64,000 nucleotides of DNA. Source: a virus. Made by a program: the position numbers and the translations under genes. Below are positions 27,526 through 38,331 of the stretch, one piece after another; position 1 is the first letter of the stretch; every line of letters starts with the position of its first letter. The stretch is from positions 7,432 to 71,431 of IMG/VR virus record IMGVR_UViG_3300046002_001774; one strand, 5' to 3'. Under the pieces are notes generated by a model that had not been told where the DNA came from, did no database searches, and saw nothing but the letters and a program-made list of their open reading frames with translations.

Positions 27526-27810
27526 TCAAATTGTCAATTTCTTTCTCGCTTCTTTGCACAAATCAGACCCCGGTTGGAATTGTCTGCAAGAATTCGGTCT
27601 GTCTGCATAGATCATACAGCACACTTTCTCACCAACTTTTCCGTCCAAGGCAACGCATCGAGAGTCAGTCGTTTTCATTAACGGGTAGTCTTCCCTTTGC
27701 ATCTCTTTCGGAATACCAGTCGCATCAGATCGATCTCGTCGCAACACAGGCCATGACCATTTGAAGCAACAACAAGCACCGCACTTTTCGCAGTCGTATT
27801 CATCGTCCAT
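27526..27810 (-). CDS. YkgJ-family Cys-cluster (Zn/Fe-S) protein
   Basis: CEKCGACC...RCVAL...CCMIYADRPNSCRQF; TAATG coupling at 27810. Confidence 0.85.
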   Translation of the reverse strand: MDDEYDCEKCGACCCFKWSWPVLRRDRSDATGIPKEMQREDYPLMKTTDSRCVALDGKVGEKVCCMIYADRPNSCRQFQPGSDLCKEARKKLTI

Positions 27811-28388
27811 TAAGCACGGGTAGCACGGGGAACCCATCCCATTCCAGCATTAAATGATCCAGTTGTTCCGGGTGCAGTATGTTTTAGCATTTCTGCTTGT
27901 GATCCAAATCCACCAGTACCACCAGCAGATCCCAAAGCACCAATTGCAGCAGTTCCAACGGACTTAAATGCATCTGCCCATCCTTGCGATACTTTTTCAT
28001 CACCAGCCTCTGGTACATCGTATCCACCCATCGATGAAAAACCAAGACTGCCACTTCCGTCACCACTTCCACGCTGCATGGCAGACCACGCTGAAGCGGA
28101 ATCAGACTGCGATTTAGCAGCACGATCATACGGGGATGCTGCCGCTTGACCAACCTTTCCAAAAGCGTCTTTTATAGCATCACCCATTTGGTTCTGTTGT
28201 TGCTTTTGTGGATTGTAGTCTGGACGAGGTTGCGCTCCAGTTCCTAACTTGCCAGAAAATAGATTTTGCATTGTATCACCAGATCGACCAATTGCATTCG
28301 ATGCACTACCAAGAAGTCCACCGAATTGACTGTTTGCCACTGGTGTTGATGCTGCCCCTGTTGCGTTTGCTGATTGTGATCCACCCAT
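27810..28388 (-). CDS. Gly/Ser-rich ejection-like protein, MGG start
   Basis: MGGSQSAN; low-complexity G/S/A; synteny. Confidence 0.55.
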   Translation of the reverse strand: MGGSQSANATGAASTPVANSQFGGLLGSASNAIGRSGDTMQNLFSGKLGTGAQPRPDYNPQKQQQNQMGDAIKDAFGKVGQAAASPYDRAAKSQSDSASAWSAMQRGSGDGSGSLGFSSMGGYDVPEAGDEKVSQGWADAFKSVGTAAIGALGSAGGTGGFGSQAEMLKHTAPGTTGSFNAGMGWVPRATRA

Positions 28389-28392
28389 AATG

Positions 28393-29235
28393 TTATTCTA
28401 TTTTGTTGTTCCAAGTTACTGGTTTAAATCCTAAGTCTGGTATTACGATATCATCGTAAGGTGCTAGATGTGAAATATTCGTGATCTTTGCCTTTAGCTT
28501 TGGACAATCGACGTGTGGGCCTTGATGCCGATCAACGCAATTAAGGCAGACAGGATAGAAGTCAGCATTGAGTGACTTGTCTGGGTTATTCATCCATCCG
28601 TGCTTGCCTTTGACATATCGTGTTGGATCTGGTTTTACGTTGTTTGTCTCTAGATACTCGTAAACATCTTCGTCAGTCCAATCTTTTAGCAAGTAGAGTG
28701 ACACTGGACTTCCATCGACGTGACGAATGTCTTGTGCCAATGGAACATGACCTTTAATCAAGTCTGTGTCAGTATATTTAGTTCCGATCCACACTGCATT
28801 CCACGGAAAATTAAATGTTCCAGTTGGACGCATTAGAAAGTCATCAACACCGCACATAAATGGCTCGTTTGCTTTAGGACGTTCAGTTCCCAAAGATAGA
28901 ACTATGTTATTATTACCCCAAGGGAAATAATGAAGTAAATCAAATCTAACCTCACCAGTTTCTACATCAGGCCCATCAGAAAGACCATATTTTAATGCTG
29001 GGTATTCATATACAGATAATTGCCAATCTTTAATTAGCTTATCTGAATATGCATATCTTTCGCGGAATTTAGGTTGTCTAAACTGAACAACGGGAAGATC
29101 AATTCCACATTTGAATTTTAGAAAATGCAAAAGGACAGTTGAATCCTTTCCACCAGACCAAAAGATGACCGAATTCGGCCATTGTTTGTTCCAATTAACT
29201 GCTTTATCGATTGTTTTATGTATTAGGTTTTTCAT
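28393..29235 (-). CDS. PAPS-reductase-family (PP-loop) protein
   Basis: FWSGGKDSTVLLH; LKDWTDEDVYEYL; C-terminal CxxC...C; TGATG coupling at 29235. Confidence 0.8.
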   Translation of the reverse strand: MKNLIHKTIDKAVNWNKQWPNSVIFWSGGKDSTVLLHFLKFKCGIDLPVVQFRQPKFRERYAYSDKLIKDWQLSVYEYPALKYGLSDGPDVETGEVRFDLLHYFPWGNNNIVLSLGTERPKANEPFMCGVDDFLMRPTGTFNFPWNAVWIGTKYTDTDLIKGHVPLAQDIRHVDGSPVSLYLLKDWTDEDVYEYLETNNVKPDPTRYVKGKHGWMNNPDKSLNADFYPVCLNCVDRHQGPHVDCPKLKAKITNISHLAPYDDIVIPDLGFKPVTWNNKIE

Positions 29236-30047
29236 CAAATAATAATTGCAGCAGTAGCCGCACCAGCAACTGCACCACCACCAGTAATCCAAGATCCCAT
29301 TGCGGCATTTTTGCTTTGCGCGTTTTGGGCCATGACTTGGTTCATCATGTTATTATAGTTCTGAGTGTCAGCAACATTGGCGGTGTGAGCAGACTGGATG
29401 TTACCCATTGAGCGGTTAATTGCGTCCTGTGCTGTTTGTCCAAGTCCTTGCGCTCCATAGAGGACACCACGTTGCCACTCTTGGAGACTCTGTTGGTTCT
29501 GGCCTTTCGCTGCTTGTTGGGCCGCAACCAATGAGCCGGGGTCAATTCCACCCTGCATTTGAGTTGCATCGAGATACTTTTGACGCAGTGCCAAGTCTTC
29601 CAAAGCAATCTGTCTACCCTGTGCCGTGGATTGATCAAACATTGCAGACTTGCCGATGGTGGATCCCATGTCGATTCCAGTACCCATCATTTGGGCCAAT
29701 CCTTTTGTCTTTGCCCACTGCCCCAGCTTATCTTGCCAACTCTCAGGTGAGGTTAGCTTCTCAACAGTCTCACTCATTCCTGCTCGCATCCTTGCTGTTG
29801 CTGGATCCACCGACTCTTCAAATTGACGTGCGCGATTGGCATTTTCGATGCCTAATTCAAAAGATTGTTTAGATACCGCAGATGGATCAAATGTTTGCTC
29901 AATTGGCTTTAACTGGGTAGCCATTTCAAATAGTCTGCCTTGAGAAGCAAGACCACCATACATTCCCTTGTTTGCCTCAGATGCCATCATCATGTTAAGA
30001 TCAGGTCTAGGCTTTTGAATTGCTGGTTTGTATGTTTGTCCACCCAT
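29235..30047 (-). CDS. Ejection (pilot-like) protein, MGG start
   Basis: MGGQTYKP; Q/A/M-rich helices; hydrophobic Gly/Ala tail GGGAVAGAATAAIII. Confidence 0.6.
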   Translation of the reverse strand: MGGQTYKPAIQKPRPDLNMMMASEANKGMYGGLASQGRLFEMATQLKPIEQTFDPSAVSKQSFELGIENANRARQFEESVDPATARMRAGMSETVEKLTSPESWQDKLGQWAKTKGLAQMMGTGIDMGSTIGKSAMFDQSTAQGRQIALEDLALRQKYLDATQMQGGIDPGSLVAAQQAAKGQNQQSLQEWQRGVLYGAQGLGQTAQDAINRSMGNIQSAHTANVADTQNYNNMMNQVMAQNAQSKNAAMGSWITGGGAVAGAATAAIII

Positions 30048-30055
30048 AAGTTTAA

Positions 30056-30436
30056 TTAAGTTAAAGAGTAAACTTCTCTTTTGAGAGGAGTCAACCCTAA
30101 TTTTTGGATTATTTCGTTTGTAAAGTTAGGTCGTTCATCGATTAAAGGTACACCAATGTACCCCGGTGAGTTTGAGAGTTGCGAGTGCGCTTTCCAATCG
30201 CTCATCACCTGTATAACATCCTGTGGTCTTGTATACTTAGGGTGAAATGCTGGATACACAGTTGGCATAAAAACATGATCAGAATATCCAAATAGCACAC
30301 CATCACGATAATGTGCATAAACATTAATATTAGGATGCTCTATGATCTTATGATCGAATTCTTCAGCAAAATCAACAAGTTCCAAGAATTCATTAGTTCC
30401 TTTTTGAACAAGTTTATATTCAATTTGTGGCCTCAT
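30056..30436 (-). CDS. Putative GNAT-like internal virion protein (T7 gp13 / P22 gp14 position)
   Basis: Size and position between nozzle and ejection genes; ends IQKLGL; sequence support is weak. Confidence 0.4.
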   Translation of the reverse strand: MRPQIEYKLVQKGTNEFLELVDFAEEFDHKIIEHPNINVYAHYRDGVLFGYSDHVFMPTVYPAFHPKYTRPQDVIQVMSDWKAHSQLSNSPGYIGVPLIDERPNFTNEIIQKLGLTPLKREVYSLT

Positions 30437-30441
30437 ATGTA

Positions 30442-30696
30442 TTAATTAAATCCAACCAGAATGTCATCTGGATTGGCTATGGTTTGTGTATAGTTAGCAA
30501 ATCTGTCAGCTTGTGCCTTCAGAATATTGTTGCGAGTAGAGTTACTACCGCACACCGCGCATGGCAAGCAATTATTTTGACCAGTCGTGAATGGGATTGA
30601 CGAGTAAAGTGGAACCACGGGATCATCACCGAATGGGGAGATGAACTTGTTTGGGAAGCTAGTGACCTCTTTGGTTGCTGTGGTGATGCTTGGCAT
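30442..30696 (-). CDS. Small tail-associated protein
   Basis: Start MPSITT directly after the nozzle stop; CxxCxxC. Confidence 0.5.
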   Translation of the reverse strand: MPSITTATKEVTSFPNKFISPFGDDPVVPLYSSIPFTTGQNNCLPCAVCGSNSTRNNILKAQADRFANYTQTIANPDDILVGFN

Positions 30697-30697
30697 A

Positions 30698-32836
30698 TTA
30701 ACAAGGGTTCTGCGCTTTAAATTGTTGAGCAGCGGAGGTTGCGGATTGCATTGCAAGCACTCCTGCTTCCTCTTGAGCGTGTTCAAAACTGATGTAAGAC
30801 AAGAATGTTGCCGATGCCGTAGCCGAAATCGATTTTGTAGGATCAGCGTTACAGATCAGCGTTACTGTCTTCCAAACCTTCGCGCTATATGAGTTGTCGT
30901 TTGGTGATTGTTGCTCGTATGGGTTCGGAAGCAAATCAATCGACAGGGTTTCACCAGTCTGAGCAACAACGCACGATTGCGTCTCATCTCCCTGTGGAAC
31001 ACCAGTTGATTTTTCCTGCCAAGGATCCATGAAGAGTCGAACAATTTCCACTCCGAATTCACCGCACCACTCGATTAATAGCGAGAATGCTTTATCGACA
31101 TCATCTGTCAGATATGACTCGCACGTTGAAACAAGCGAATTGCGTTGAGTGGATTCAGTTGTAAGTCTTCGATATTGCGAATTCAAAAACCCTAGATTCT
31201 TAATCTCCGATTCGTATGGTGTATTTTCCCACTGGTAGTCAGCAGTGACTGCCAGAATGCGTTTCTCTAGGATTGAGTTGTACGATCCCTTGCTGCCCCT
31301 ATATGACACTTTTAGGTCAACTGTGCCACCAATCTGCGTAGATTCAATCTCAGCATAGACAAACTTCTTTAAATCCATCTCATCACCAAGCAATGGAGTT
31401 TCAAACTGCGAGTAAATGCGATTGTAAAGTGTCGTTGTTGTTTTGTCTGGATTGATTTGAAGGTAAGAATCCACTCGTTCTGGTTGGAATGATTCCCATA
31501 GGTGGTTGAATGAACCATCGTTTGTTGCTGCGTAATCCACAGAAAAATGGAAGCATCGAGACTGCCCGTCAACAACACCTGTAGTCCATTCAACTGGACG
31601 AGTTCCTGTCCAAACTCCAGCCCATGCTGGGAACCTGCTTTCCCCACTGCCCCATTCGGAAGCGGCAGCATAGTCCATTACCATCGTGTCTGAATTTAAT
31701 GTCTGCAAGTAAGGGATAGAATAGAGCAAGTAGTTCTCGAAACCCGTGGCACAAATCTTGGTTGGGTCTGATGCCATCAATCTTTTAGCCCTTGCCATCT
31801 CAACATCTTTATACAGCACCTGCGAGGACAGATACACTGTCGCTGCACTATCACCTGTCATCAGACCACCTTGGCTATACCACCACATTTGACCTGCTTG
31901 GAAAGCGATTGATTTTCCTGCAACGCAACCAACAGTTGGATACAAGGTAGATTGGAAGTTTTCAGTTGTTACCCATTGATCTCGATCAAGGATACCCGAT
32001 TTAAGCTGGAAGGTAGAACGATCAGTAAATACGATTAAACGTGTTGATGTATCTTGCCCAACATAACTTGTCATGCCAGTAATCGGACGTGAAAAGCTAA
32101 AGTCACCACGGGAAGTGCCAGTTGTACGTTCTTGGAATGAGGTTGGATCACCTAAATCGGATGCAAGCACGATATTTTTATCAGAAATCCACATTCTGTT
32201 TCCAGAGTATGCCATCCAGTATCCCACGGGAATCGTGGAAAGTTGAACACCTGCCTTATCAGCACCATCCCAGTACGAAGGGTATGAAATGCCGTCTTGG
32301 ATCATCACAATTCGATGCGCTGGTGTAGCGAATTCTTGAGAGCCAGTCGATAGGTTTGCTGAACGTGTGGCAAGTGCAAATACGAACTGATCAACGTCTG
32401 GTGACATCGAAATGTTTTTCAGACGATAATCTTCCCAGTTGCTTGGCTGCACTAGAGGAAATGGAGAGAAGTAGACGTTTCCGTTTACAGCAAAAACCAT
32501 GTAAGACAACTCGCTTGCAACAACACCATTTCCATCCACGTCGAAGATTTTAGCTGGAGTTGTTGTAATTACTCCATCTCGATCTTGTGTGAGTGCCGCT
32601 TCTTTTTGCTTGTTAGAGGAAAACAAAACACCACCTTGGAAGTTGCCAGCGGGAAGGGAGAGTTGCATTTTATGCCCCGGCCTTGTTTGCACGATACCTC
32701 CACGGACAGTTACATTAACCCCCCACTTGAATTGGTTCTCAGGCAATGACCAAGGATTGCGAACGGAATTTACTCCTTGAATCCATCCTGTTGAGACTTT
32801 TTTAAGTCTTCCTGATGTAATGTTTTCACTTTTCAT
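30698..32836 (-). CDS. Tail nozzle / tail tubular protein B-like (beta-propeller)
   Basis: 712 aa beta-rich; WGVNVTVRGGIVQTRPG, MAYSGNRMW, SDLGDPTSF; podovirus synteny. Confidence 0.7.
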   Translation of the reverse strand: MKSENITSGRLKKVSTGWIQGVNSVRNPWSLPENQFKWGVNVTVRGGIVQTRPGHKMQLSLPAGNFQGGVLFSSNKQKEAALTQDRDGVITTTPAKIFDVDGNGVVASELSYMVFAVNGNVYFSPFPLVQPSNWEDYRLKNISMSPDVDQFVFALATRSANLSTGSQEFATPAHRIVMIQDGISYPSYWDGADKAGVQLSTIPVGYWMAYSGNRMWISDKNIVLASDLGDPTSFQERTTGTSRGDFSFSRPITGMTSYVGQDTSTRLIVFTDRSTFQLKSGILDRDQWVTTENFQSTLYPTVGCVAGKSIAFQAGQMWWYSQGGLMTGDSAATVYLSSQVLYKDVEMARAKRLMASDPTKICATGFENYLLYSIPYLQTLNSDTMVMDYAAASEWGSGESRFPAWAGVWTGTRPVEWTTGVVDGQSRCFHFSVDYAATNDGSFNHLWESFQPERVDSYLQINPDKTTTTLYNRIYSQFETPLLGDEMDLKKFVYAEIESTQIGGTVDLKVSYRGSKGSYNSILEKRILAVTADYQWENTPYESEIKNLGFLNSQYRRLTTESTQRNSLVSTCESYLTDDVDKAFSLLIEWCGEFGVEIVRLFMDPWQEKSTGVPQGDETQSCVVAQTGETLSIDLLPNPYEQQSPNDNSYSAKVWKTVTLICNADPTKSISATASATFLSYISFEHAQEEAGVLAMQSATSAAQQFKAQNPC

Positions 32837-32838
32837 TG

Positions 32839-35800
32839 CTAGAACATAACTGGATCAGTTCCATCACCATAGGTCAAATCATTAATTTGTGGTGGAACAA
32901 AAGCGTGACCATCTTGGTGTTCTTGCTGATTCTTCAGGTATGCCAAAGAAAAGCCCCAGTAACGCAATGCCTGTTCAGCAAAGTCCTTGTCCTCAAGATC
33001 ACAAGCGTGTACAGCAGTGATGATTGCGCGTGTATGCTCAATCGGGATAAAGTCGTACTTTGAAGTGATAACTGGAGGCTTAATGCGATAGGCAATTCTT
33101 ACCCACGCGCATGGTTTTCCAATGCGAATCCTGCGGTACTGCGGATTGACTTCTTGTGGATGGTATTGACCAATCAATGTCAAATCGTTGCTGCGTCCGT
33201 AGTCCATTGCATACAAACTAACAAACCCATCCGTTATTGGTTTTTGAATATTAGCAACACTCTTGACCAAGGTTGGATCTTGAATTGCATCGACGAAGAA
33301 CTTGCTGTCCGTGGAAAGTCCGCTTGTCAAAAATGAAATCCTGCCAGTTGTGCTAGTTAGGTTCTGAGATTGTGACTTGGTAGTGTACAATTCAAACTCA
33401 TCGTTGTCGATTCGACGAACAAAGTATGTCGTTCCTGCCACAAGACCAGATGGAAGTACATCACCTGAATCGGCTCGTACAGTAACAGATTGACCCGTAG
33501 TGTAAAGCGAAGCGTCAGCAATGATGCTGGTGGATGGGGATGCCGTAAATGTGCGTTGGATATCTAGGGACAATTGACCAGTGCCGGGGGTTGTGATTGG
33601 AACCAGAACTGATGCAGAATACACATTAACGCTATCACCAATCACCCTAACTTGGTAGTCCGTTCCAGCAACCAATGGAGATGGTAAAACTCCGCTTGTA
33701 GAGAATTTAACAGTCTCATTTTCCTGCAAGAATTGCACGGAAGATGGCTGGATTAGATTGTTGTATGGAAGCGGAGAAACGGAGAATCGTTTTGCGTAGT
33801 ATGATTGACCAGTTCCAAATGACACCACATTAATTTGACCAGTTGTTCCACCAGCACTGGCATCTACCGATGAAGTATATGCCCTAGCAACCGATGTAGA
33901 TGATACATTCAAATATGCGGGAGTTGAACCATTATCAATCGCAGGACTGGTTGTTGGCAATAAATAGTCCGTTCCCCAATAAATGGTTGATGGGGTGGTT
34001 AAATTAGTGAAATCACCTAGCCACTTGTTAGTAAATGAAACTCCAAACACGCGAGATAGTACAACATAGAATGTTCCAGTTGCAGAAGAGGTAATGTTAA
34101 TCTTGCTGAAATCAGCGTTCTTAACAGTGAAAACTCCAGTGGACGAGTTTAATGGAGTTTCTGCCCTATAAGATGTTCCAGAAAGCAATGGGGATGGAAG
34201 TGTGCCAGTCGAAGAAAACTGAACGAACACTCCAGTGGATGGTGTGATTGATATTGTCGGTGGAGTTGTGTATCCAGTGCCACTTGTTACAACATTAAGT
34301 GAAGTTACAACTCCACCTGCAATGTTTGCTGTTGCAGTTGCTCCAGAACCACCACCACCAGTTATTTCAACCTGCGGAGCATTTACATATCCAGAACCTC
34401 CAGAAATTTGAGTGAATCCAATAACAAACGAAGTTTGAATGGTAGCATTTGCAACCGCTTGAGTGCCTGTTTTAAGTTTAACCTTTAATGTTCCAGTTGC
34501 TGGAGAAGAAAACGCTTCAATGGTTCCCGTTGCAGGTGTTGTTAGGCTAGATGAAACAGTGTATGTGAATGTTGAACCAGATGCGGTTAATAGCGTTTTA
34601 TTTCCATTGTATCCATCAGGATTAGCACCACTAATTGCAATAACCTGACCAGCAGTAAACCCATGTGCCGCAGATGTTGTTCCAGTTGCGGTTGTAGATA
34701 CTCTAGTTAAAGTAGTGACTGAAACTGTTTGTCCGATTTCAGTAATAAGCTGATATGTAAATGATGTAGAACTTAATACTGTTACAACGAAATCTCCATT
34801 GTAAGCTGCTTGATCTGCTCCAGATATTGTAACTGAATCACCCGTTCTATAGCTATGAGTTCCAGATGTATTAACAGTAACTGTAATACCATTTGTAACC
34901 ATTGATGTAATGTTAATTAATGGAGATACAGGAGGAGCGGAAATTGTTACAGAAGGTGCGGTTGTGTATCCGAATCCGGGGTTATCGATCACAATCGATG
35001 ACAACTGGTATGTAATAGAATTGCGAATAGCATATCCAGTCGCAGTACTAACGGAAATCGTGCTTCCCAAGGGAGGTGCTGGAGGAGCGGAAAATGTTAC
35101 TGTAGGATCGGCAGTGTATCCAGATCCTTGATCAGACAAATTAACAGAGGTAACGCTTCCAACTACGATAGGAGTGAAGTTTGCTCCAGATCCAGATGGT
35201 GACGCAATGGAAAGACCCGGTGCGGTAATCTGGCTAGCTTCACCTGCCACAGCAGATGCTGGGATTAACTTAATGAGTGAAATCGTACCAACTCCAGCCG
35301 ATGTGATCTTAATTGGATTTACAAAATTAGTAGGAGAAGATGCAAGTGCGTCCGCTTGTGTCGTATGGATCGAAACCGCTTTTGTATCTACAATATTAAC
35401 AAAGTAGTTTTGGTTTGACAACAAAGGTTGTGGAAGCGTTCCACCAGAAGTGAAGACTTGCACCTGATCACCTTGGGTAAGCAAATGATCGATGCTGAAT
35501 GTCAACTTTGTCTCTGGAACGATTTCTTTTCGGATATCGACGTTGATTGGGTTAGTTGATCCAGTCGTGTGAACTTCATTAACATTTGCTTGTGCGTCAG
35601 AGATCGAGCTAAAAACTTGCAGGTGCGTTGCGTCTAGCAGATTTCCAAAGTATGTAACTCCAGAACGCAATCCAATAGGCAAAGTTTGCCCAGATGGAAA
35701 TGTGATTGGATTTGCCGTTGTTATTTCGATAGTAGGAGCAGATGCGAATTGAAGAGCAGTTACGACAAATGAAGTCCTAGAGTCTAGGAATTTCAATGGC

Positions 35801-36579
35801 CCTGCTCCTACTATACTTTGGAGGGAAAGTGGGTAATTACCTGCCTGTGCGTTGAGGGAATCGTTGTAGATTTGAATGGTCAATGCATCCAGAACCCCAA
35901 TGTAGTACGTCTGACCATTGGAAAGCGGGACTGGGATAGTGCCAGAAATCGCAGTAATAGCCATTCCTTGACCAGAATCGAGCGTGTGAGGGGTTGCGGA
36001 TGCAAACTTGCTAATCGGGGTTATAGCAACCTCGCGGGTGCGAATAGTGGCATCGTCAGGAGCAATCGTTCCGTAAGCAAAATCAGATTGCGAGTGGATT
36101 GGAATGAGCAAACCATCAACACCAGTTCCGTCTTTGAGTTGGCTACGAAGATCTCGATTGTTGGAGTCAGTGCCAGTAACGCGAATGATTTTTCCTACGT
36201 CATTTTCGCTTTCGGCAATGGCAACCAACTGCGAGGGTTGGATGATCTGCATCAGGGTCGCTACATAGCCTCGGTCATCCCATGCCCATTCTACAGTGTT
36301 GAATTTACCACCTTTGTTAACGTGGTATTGGAATAGACGATTTCTGAAATAAACTGGGGATCCATCTACGTTGACCGCAAGGGGAACGTCTATTCCACGG
36401 GGAAGCGCGATAGTACAACCATCCCAACCAGTGCAAACATCCACGTCAGCAGTAGATTGCATCCAATGCCCAGATTCCATAAGCGTCTGGACAGCTTGCG
36501 TGATTTTGCGGTAAACTCTTTTCTCGTCAGTAGTTCCTAAAATCTCCGCACATTCCTCAAAGATTTGATCGACAAACAT
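32839..36579 (-). CDS. Head-tail adaptor / tail tubular protein A-like with a large repeat insertion
   Basis: Helical N- and C-terminal adaptor-like ends flanking repeats LPxPL..GTxYxV and GSGYxxxPTVTxS. Confidence 0.6.
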   Translation of the reverse strand: MFVDQIFEECAEILGTTDEKRVYRKITQAVQTLMESGHWMQSTADVDVCTGWDGCTIALPRGIDVPLAVNVDGSPVYFRNRLFQYHVNKGGKFNTVEWAWDDRGYVATLMQIIQPSQLVAIAESENDVGKIIRVTGTDSNNRDLRSQLKDGTGVDGLLIPIHSQSDFAYGTIAPDDATIRTREVAITPISKFASATPHTLDSGQGMAITAISGTIPVPLSNGQTYYIGVLDALTIQIYNDSLNAQAGNYPLSLQSIVGAGPLKFLDSRTSFVVTALQFASAPTIEITTANPITFPSGQTLPIGLRSGVTYFGNLLDATHLQVFSSISDAQANVNEVHTTGSTNPINVDIRKEIVPETKLTFSIDHLLTQGDQVQVFTSGGTLPQPLLSNQNYFVNIVDTKAVSIHTTQADALASSPTNFVNPIKITSAGVGTISLIKLIPASAVAGEASQITAPGLSIASPSGSGANFTPIVVGSVTSVNLSDQGSGYTADPTVTFSAPPAPPLGSTISVSTATGYAIRNSITYQLSSIVIDNPGFGYTTAPSVTISAPPVSPLINITSMVTNGITVTVNTSGTHSYRTGDSVTISGADQAAYNGDFVVTVLSSTSFTYQLITEIGQTVSVTTLTRVSTTATGTTSAAHGFTAGQVIAISGANPDGYNGNKTLLTASGSTFTYTVSSSLTTPATGTIEAFSSPATGTLKVKLKTGTQAVANATIQTSFVIGFTQISGGSGYVNAPQVEITGGGGSGATATANIAGGVVTSLNVVTSGTGYTTPPTISITPSTGVFVQFSSTGTLPSPLLSGTSYRAETPLNSSTGVFTVKNADFSKINITSSATGTFYVVLSRVFGVSFTNKWLGDFTNLTTPSTIYWGTDYLLPTTSPAIDNGSTPAYLNVSSTSVARAYTSSVDASAGGTTGQINVVSFGTGQSYYAKRFSVSPLPYNNLIQPSSVQFLQENETVKFSTSGVLPSPLVAGTDYQVRVIGDSVNVYSASVLVPITTPGTGQLSLDIQRTFTASPSTSIIADASLYTTGQSVTVRADSGDVLPSGLVAGTTYFVRRIDNDEFELYTTKSQSQNLTSTTGRISFLTSGLSTDSKFFVDAIQDPTLVKSVANIQKPITDGFVSLYAMDYGRSNDLTLIGQYHPQEVNPQYRRIRIGKPCAWVRIAYRIKPPVITSKYDFIPIEHTRAIITAVHACDLEDKDFAEQALRYWGFSLAYLKNQQEHQDGHAFVPPQINDLTYGDGTDPVMF

Positions 36580-36588
36580 GACGTGATA

Positions 36589-36906
36589 TTAGCGCATTGA
36601 TCCTTCGGACGCAATAGAATTCAGAAAATCTTCTTCGCTTGCCATTGCTGCATTTTCAGCGGCAGGTGCTTTGCCTTCTAGCGATTCAGTTGCGGCTTTT
36701 TGACCCTCAACGTCAGCGGCAAGAGCATCAATCACACCAGCGAGTTGCATGGCAATACTATGCAATTCGTCGAACTTAGATTTAGTAACAGAAATGGTGA
36801 CCGCACCCTCTTCTGCCATTGGAGAAGGGATTCCGCTCATATCTTCGGGAAGATCCATTCCCATTGCAGGTTCGGGCATTACTGCCTCAGTTGTTGGTTT
36901 TGCCAT
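36589..36906 (-). CDS. Acidic Met/Pro-rich hypothetical virion-assembly protein
   Basis: 105-aa ORF in the late operon. Confidence 0.5.
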   Translation of the reverse strand: MAKPTTEAVMPEPAMGMDLPEDMSGIPSPMAEEGAVTISVTKSKFDELHSIAMQLAGVIDALAADVEGQKAATESLEGKAPAAENAAMASEEDFLNSIASEGSMR

Positions 36907-36911
36907 ATAAA

Positions 36912-37328
36912 TTAATCTTCCTCTTCATCACCACCGATTTCAATCTCGATTTTAGTTGTTGGTTTTGCAGATTCTGCTTCTTCTAGTCCAGAGTCGATAG
37001 CTTCTTCATCATCCATCTCGTCTTCCATGTCCATTTCGGAGGATCCATTGGATTTAATGCCACAAATACACAACTCAACACAGTGACGCTTTTCGGTCTT
37101 GCCATCACGCATGGTAGTCTCATCCTTCTCCATTGTCTTTCGGAAGTAGATGGTAGCAGTACCCTCTTTAGGAAGGTTTTTAAGACCCTCTGCGTTCTCA
37201 AAATAGAGGGATGGGTAATGGTAATCGCTTTTAGGCATTGCCATTTCTGGCATTGACATTGGCTTTACCTCCTCACCTAGATCAGTAAATCCAGATGGGA
37301 GTTCATATTTTTCTTTAGCGTATGGCAT
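36912..37328 (-). CDS. Acidic hypothetical protein containing a scaffold-like motif
   Basis: 138 aa; EEAIDSGLEEAE near the C-terminus. Confidence 0.55.
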   Translation of the reverse strand: MPYAKEKYELPSGFTDLGEEVKPMSMPEMAMPKSDYHYPSLYFENAEGLKNLPKEGTATIYFRKTMEKDETTMRDGKTEKRHCVELCICGIKSNGSSEMDMEDEMDDEEAIDSGLEEAESAKPTTKIEIEIGGDEEED

Positions 37329-37389
37329 AGTGTAAGGTTATTGCTATTGTTATTACTAGTAGCAAAGGAATTGTCAAGTCTGCAATCAA

Positions 37390-38133
37390 TTATTTTAAGA
37401 AGTTTAGTTTATTAATGTAATTAATCGGCTTATGATCAACAAAAGCAGAAATATAATTACCATTCTTGAAATCCTTGATTAATGATAGTGCCATATCTTT
37501 CGATTTTTTAATTAAACCGATTTCTTGCACATTACCAATGCGGTCAATGTACAGGTTTGTGCCATGATGCCTAAACCCCATCCAGAGTGGCGGTAGAAAA
37601 CAAGCATAGTCATTTGTATTTTGAACTCTAAAGTGTTTGACTTTTAAATTCTTTACAAAATCACCATCCCCTACTCTGGGCGAACCAAATGTAATAAGAG
37701 TATCGACTTTATCTTGCAGCCTAGATGCAACAATTGTAGCGATTCCCGCTCCCAAACTATGACCAGTTATAAACAATTTGTTGCCAGAAATATGTTGAGC
37801 GATTTCAACAACTACCGCTTCCCATAATTTATTTGCTTCTTTTTGAAATCCAGCATGAACCTTACCACCGATTTCTTTTTCTTTACGGACATTTAAATCA
37901 GCTAAAATATCTGACTTTTCCGTTTTATTTATGCCAGTAAATGATACTTGTGTGCCTCTAAAGGACAGCACAATATCATCATCTTTCTTAGTTAGATAAC
38001 CTTGCGCTCCATCAACATCAAAATACTTTATTACATTATAACCAATTTCTTGAAATAATTTAACGGACTGCGACAAATCTTTTCTCGTCGCATAGTTTAT
38101 TTTCATAAACTCTAATAATTTCTCTTCATCCAT
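37390..38133 (-). CDS. Class 3 lipase (alpha/beta hydrolase)
   Basis: SFRGT, VHAGF, ITGHSLGAG, TFGSPRVGD, final DH; AT-rich. Confidence 0.9.
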   Translation of the reverse strand: MDEEKLLEFMKINYATRKDLSQSVKLFQEIGYNVIKYFDVDGAQGYLTKKDDDIVLSFRGTQVSFTGINKTEKSDILADLNVRKEKEIGGKVHAGFQKEANKLWEAVVVEIAQHISGNKLFITGHSLGAGIATIVASRLQDKVDTLITFGSPRVGDGDFVKNLKVKHFRVQNTNDYACFLPPLWMGFRHHGTNLYIDRIGNVQEIGLIKKSKDMALSLIKDFKNGNYISAFVDHKPINYINKLNFLK

Positions 38134-38154
38134 GAGAAATGTTGATATAGTTTT

Positions 38155-38250
38155 TCAAGGCTTTTTGATTAGCACTCTATTCAAAGTGCCATTCTCTCTT
38201 GCGTAGATTGTTTTGCCTTTATCTGGACTTTCGTATGTAACTTTATTCAT
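38155..38250 (-). CDS. 31-aa small phage protein
   Basis: Manual translation MNKVTYESPDKGKTIYARENGTLNRVLIKKP; ATGA-coupled to the upstream peptide. Confidence 0.5.
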   Translation of the reverse strand: MNKVTYESPDKGKTIYARENGTLNRVLIKKP

Positions 38251-38330
38251 ACATCGTATCCTTCTTTTTCCCAGCGTTGTTGCTCAACTTCGTAGTCTGG
38301 TTTGTCTTTGGTGTAATCGTAGATGTTCAT
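38247..38330 (-). CDS. 27-aa peptide, copy 1 (direct repeat)
   Basis: MNIYDYTKDKPDYEVEQQRWEKEGYDV; near-identical to 40006..40089. Confidence 0.6.
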   Translation of the reverse strand: MNIYDYTKDKPDYEVEQQRWEKEGYDV

Positions 38331-38331
38331 A

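Noticed and set aside
28393-29235. DndC-type phosphorothioation system
   Set aside because: No dnd/ssp partner genes are visible; only the PP-loop family assignment is supported
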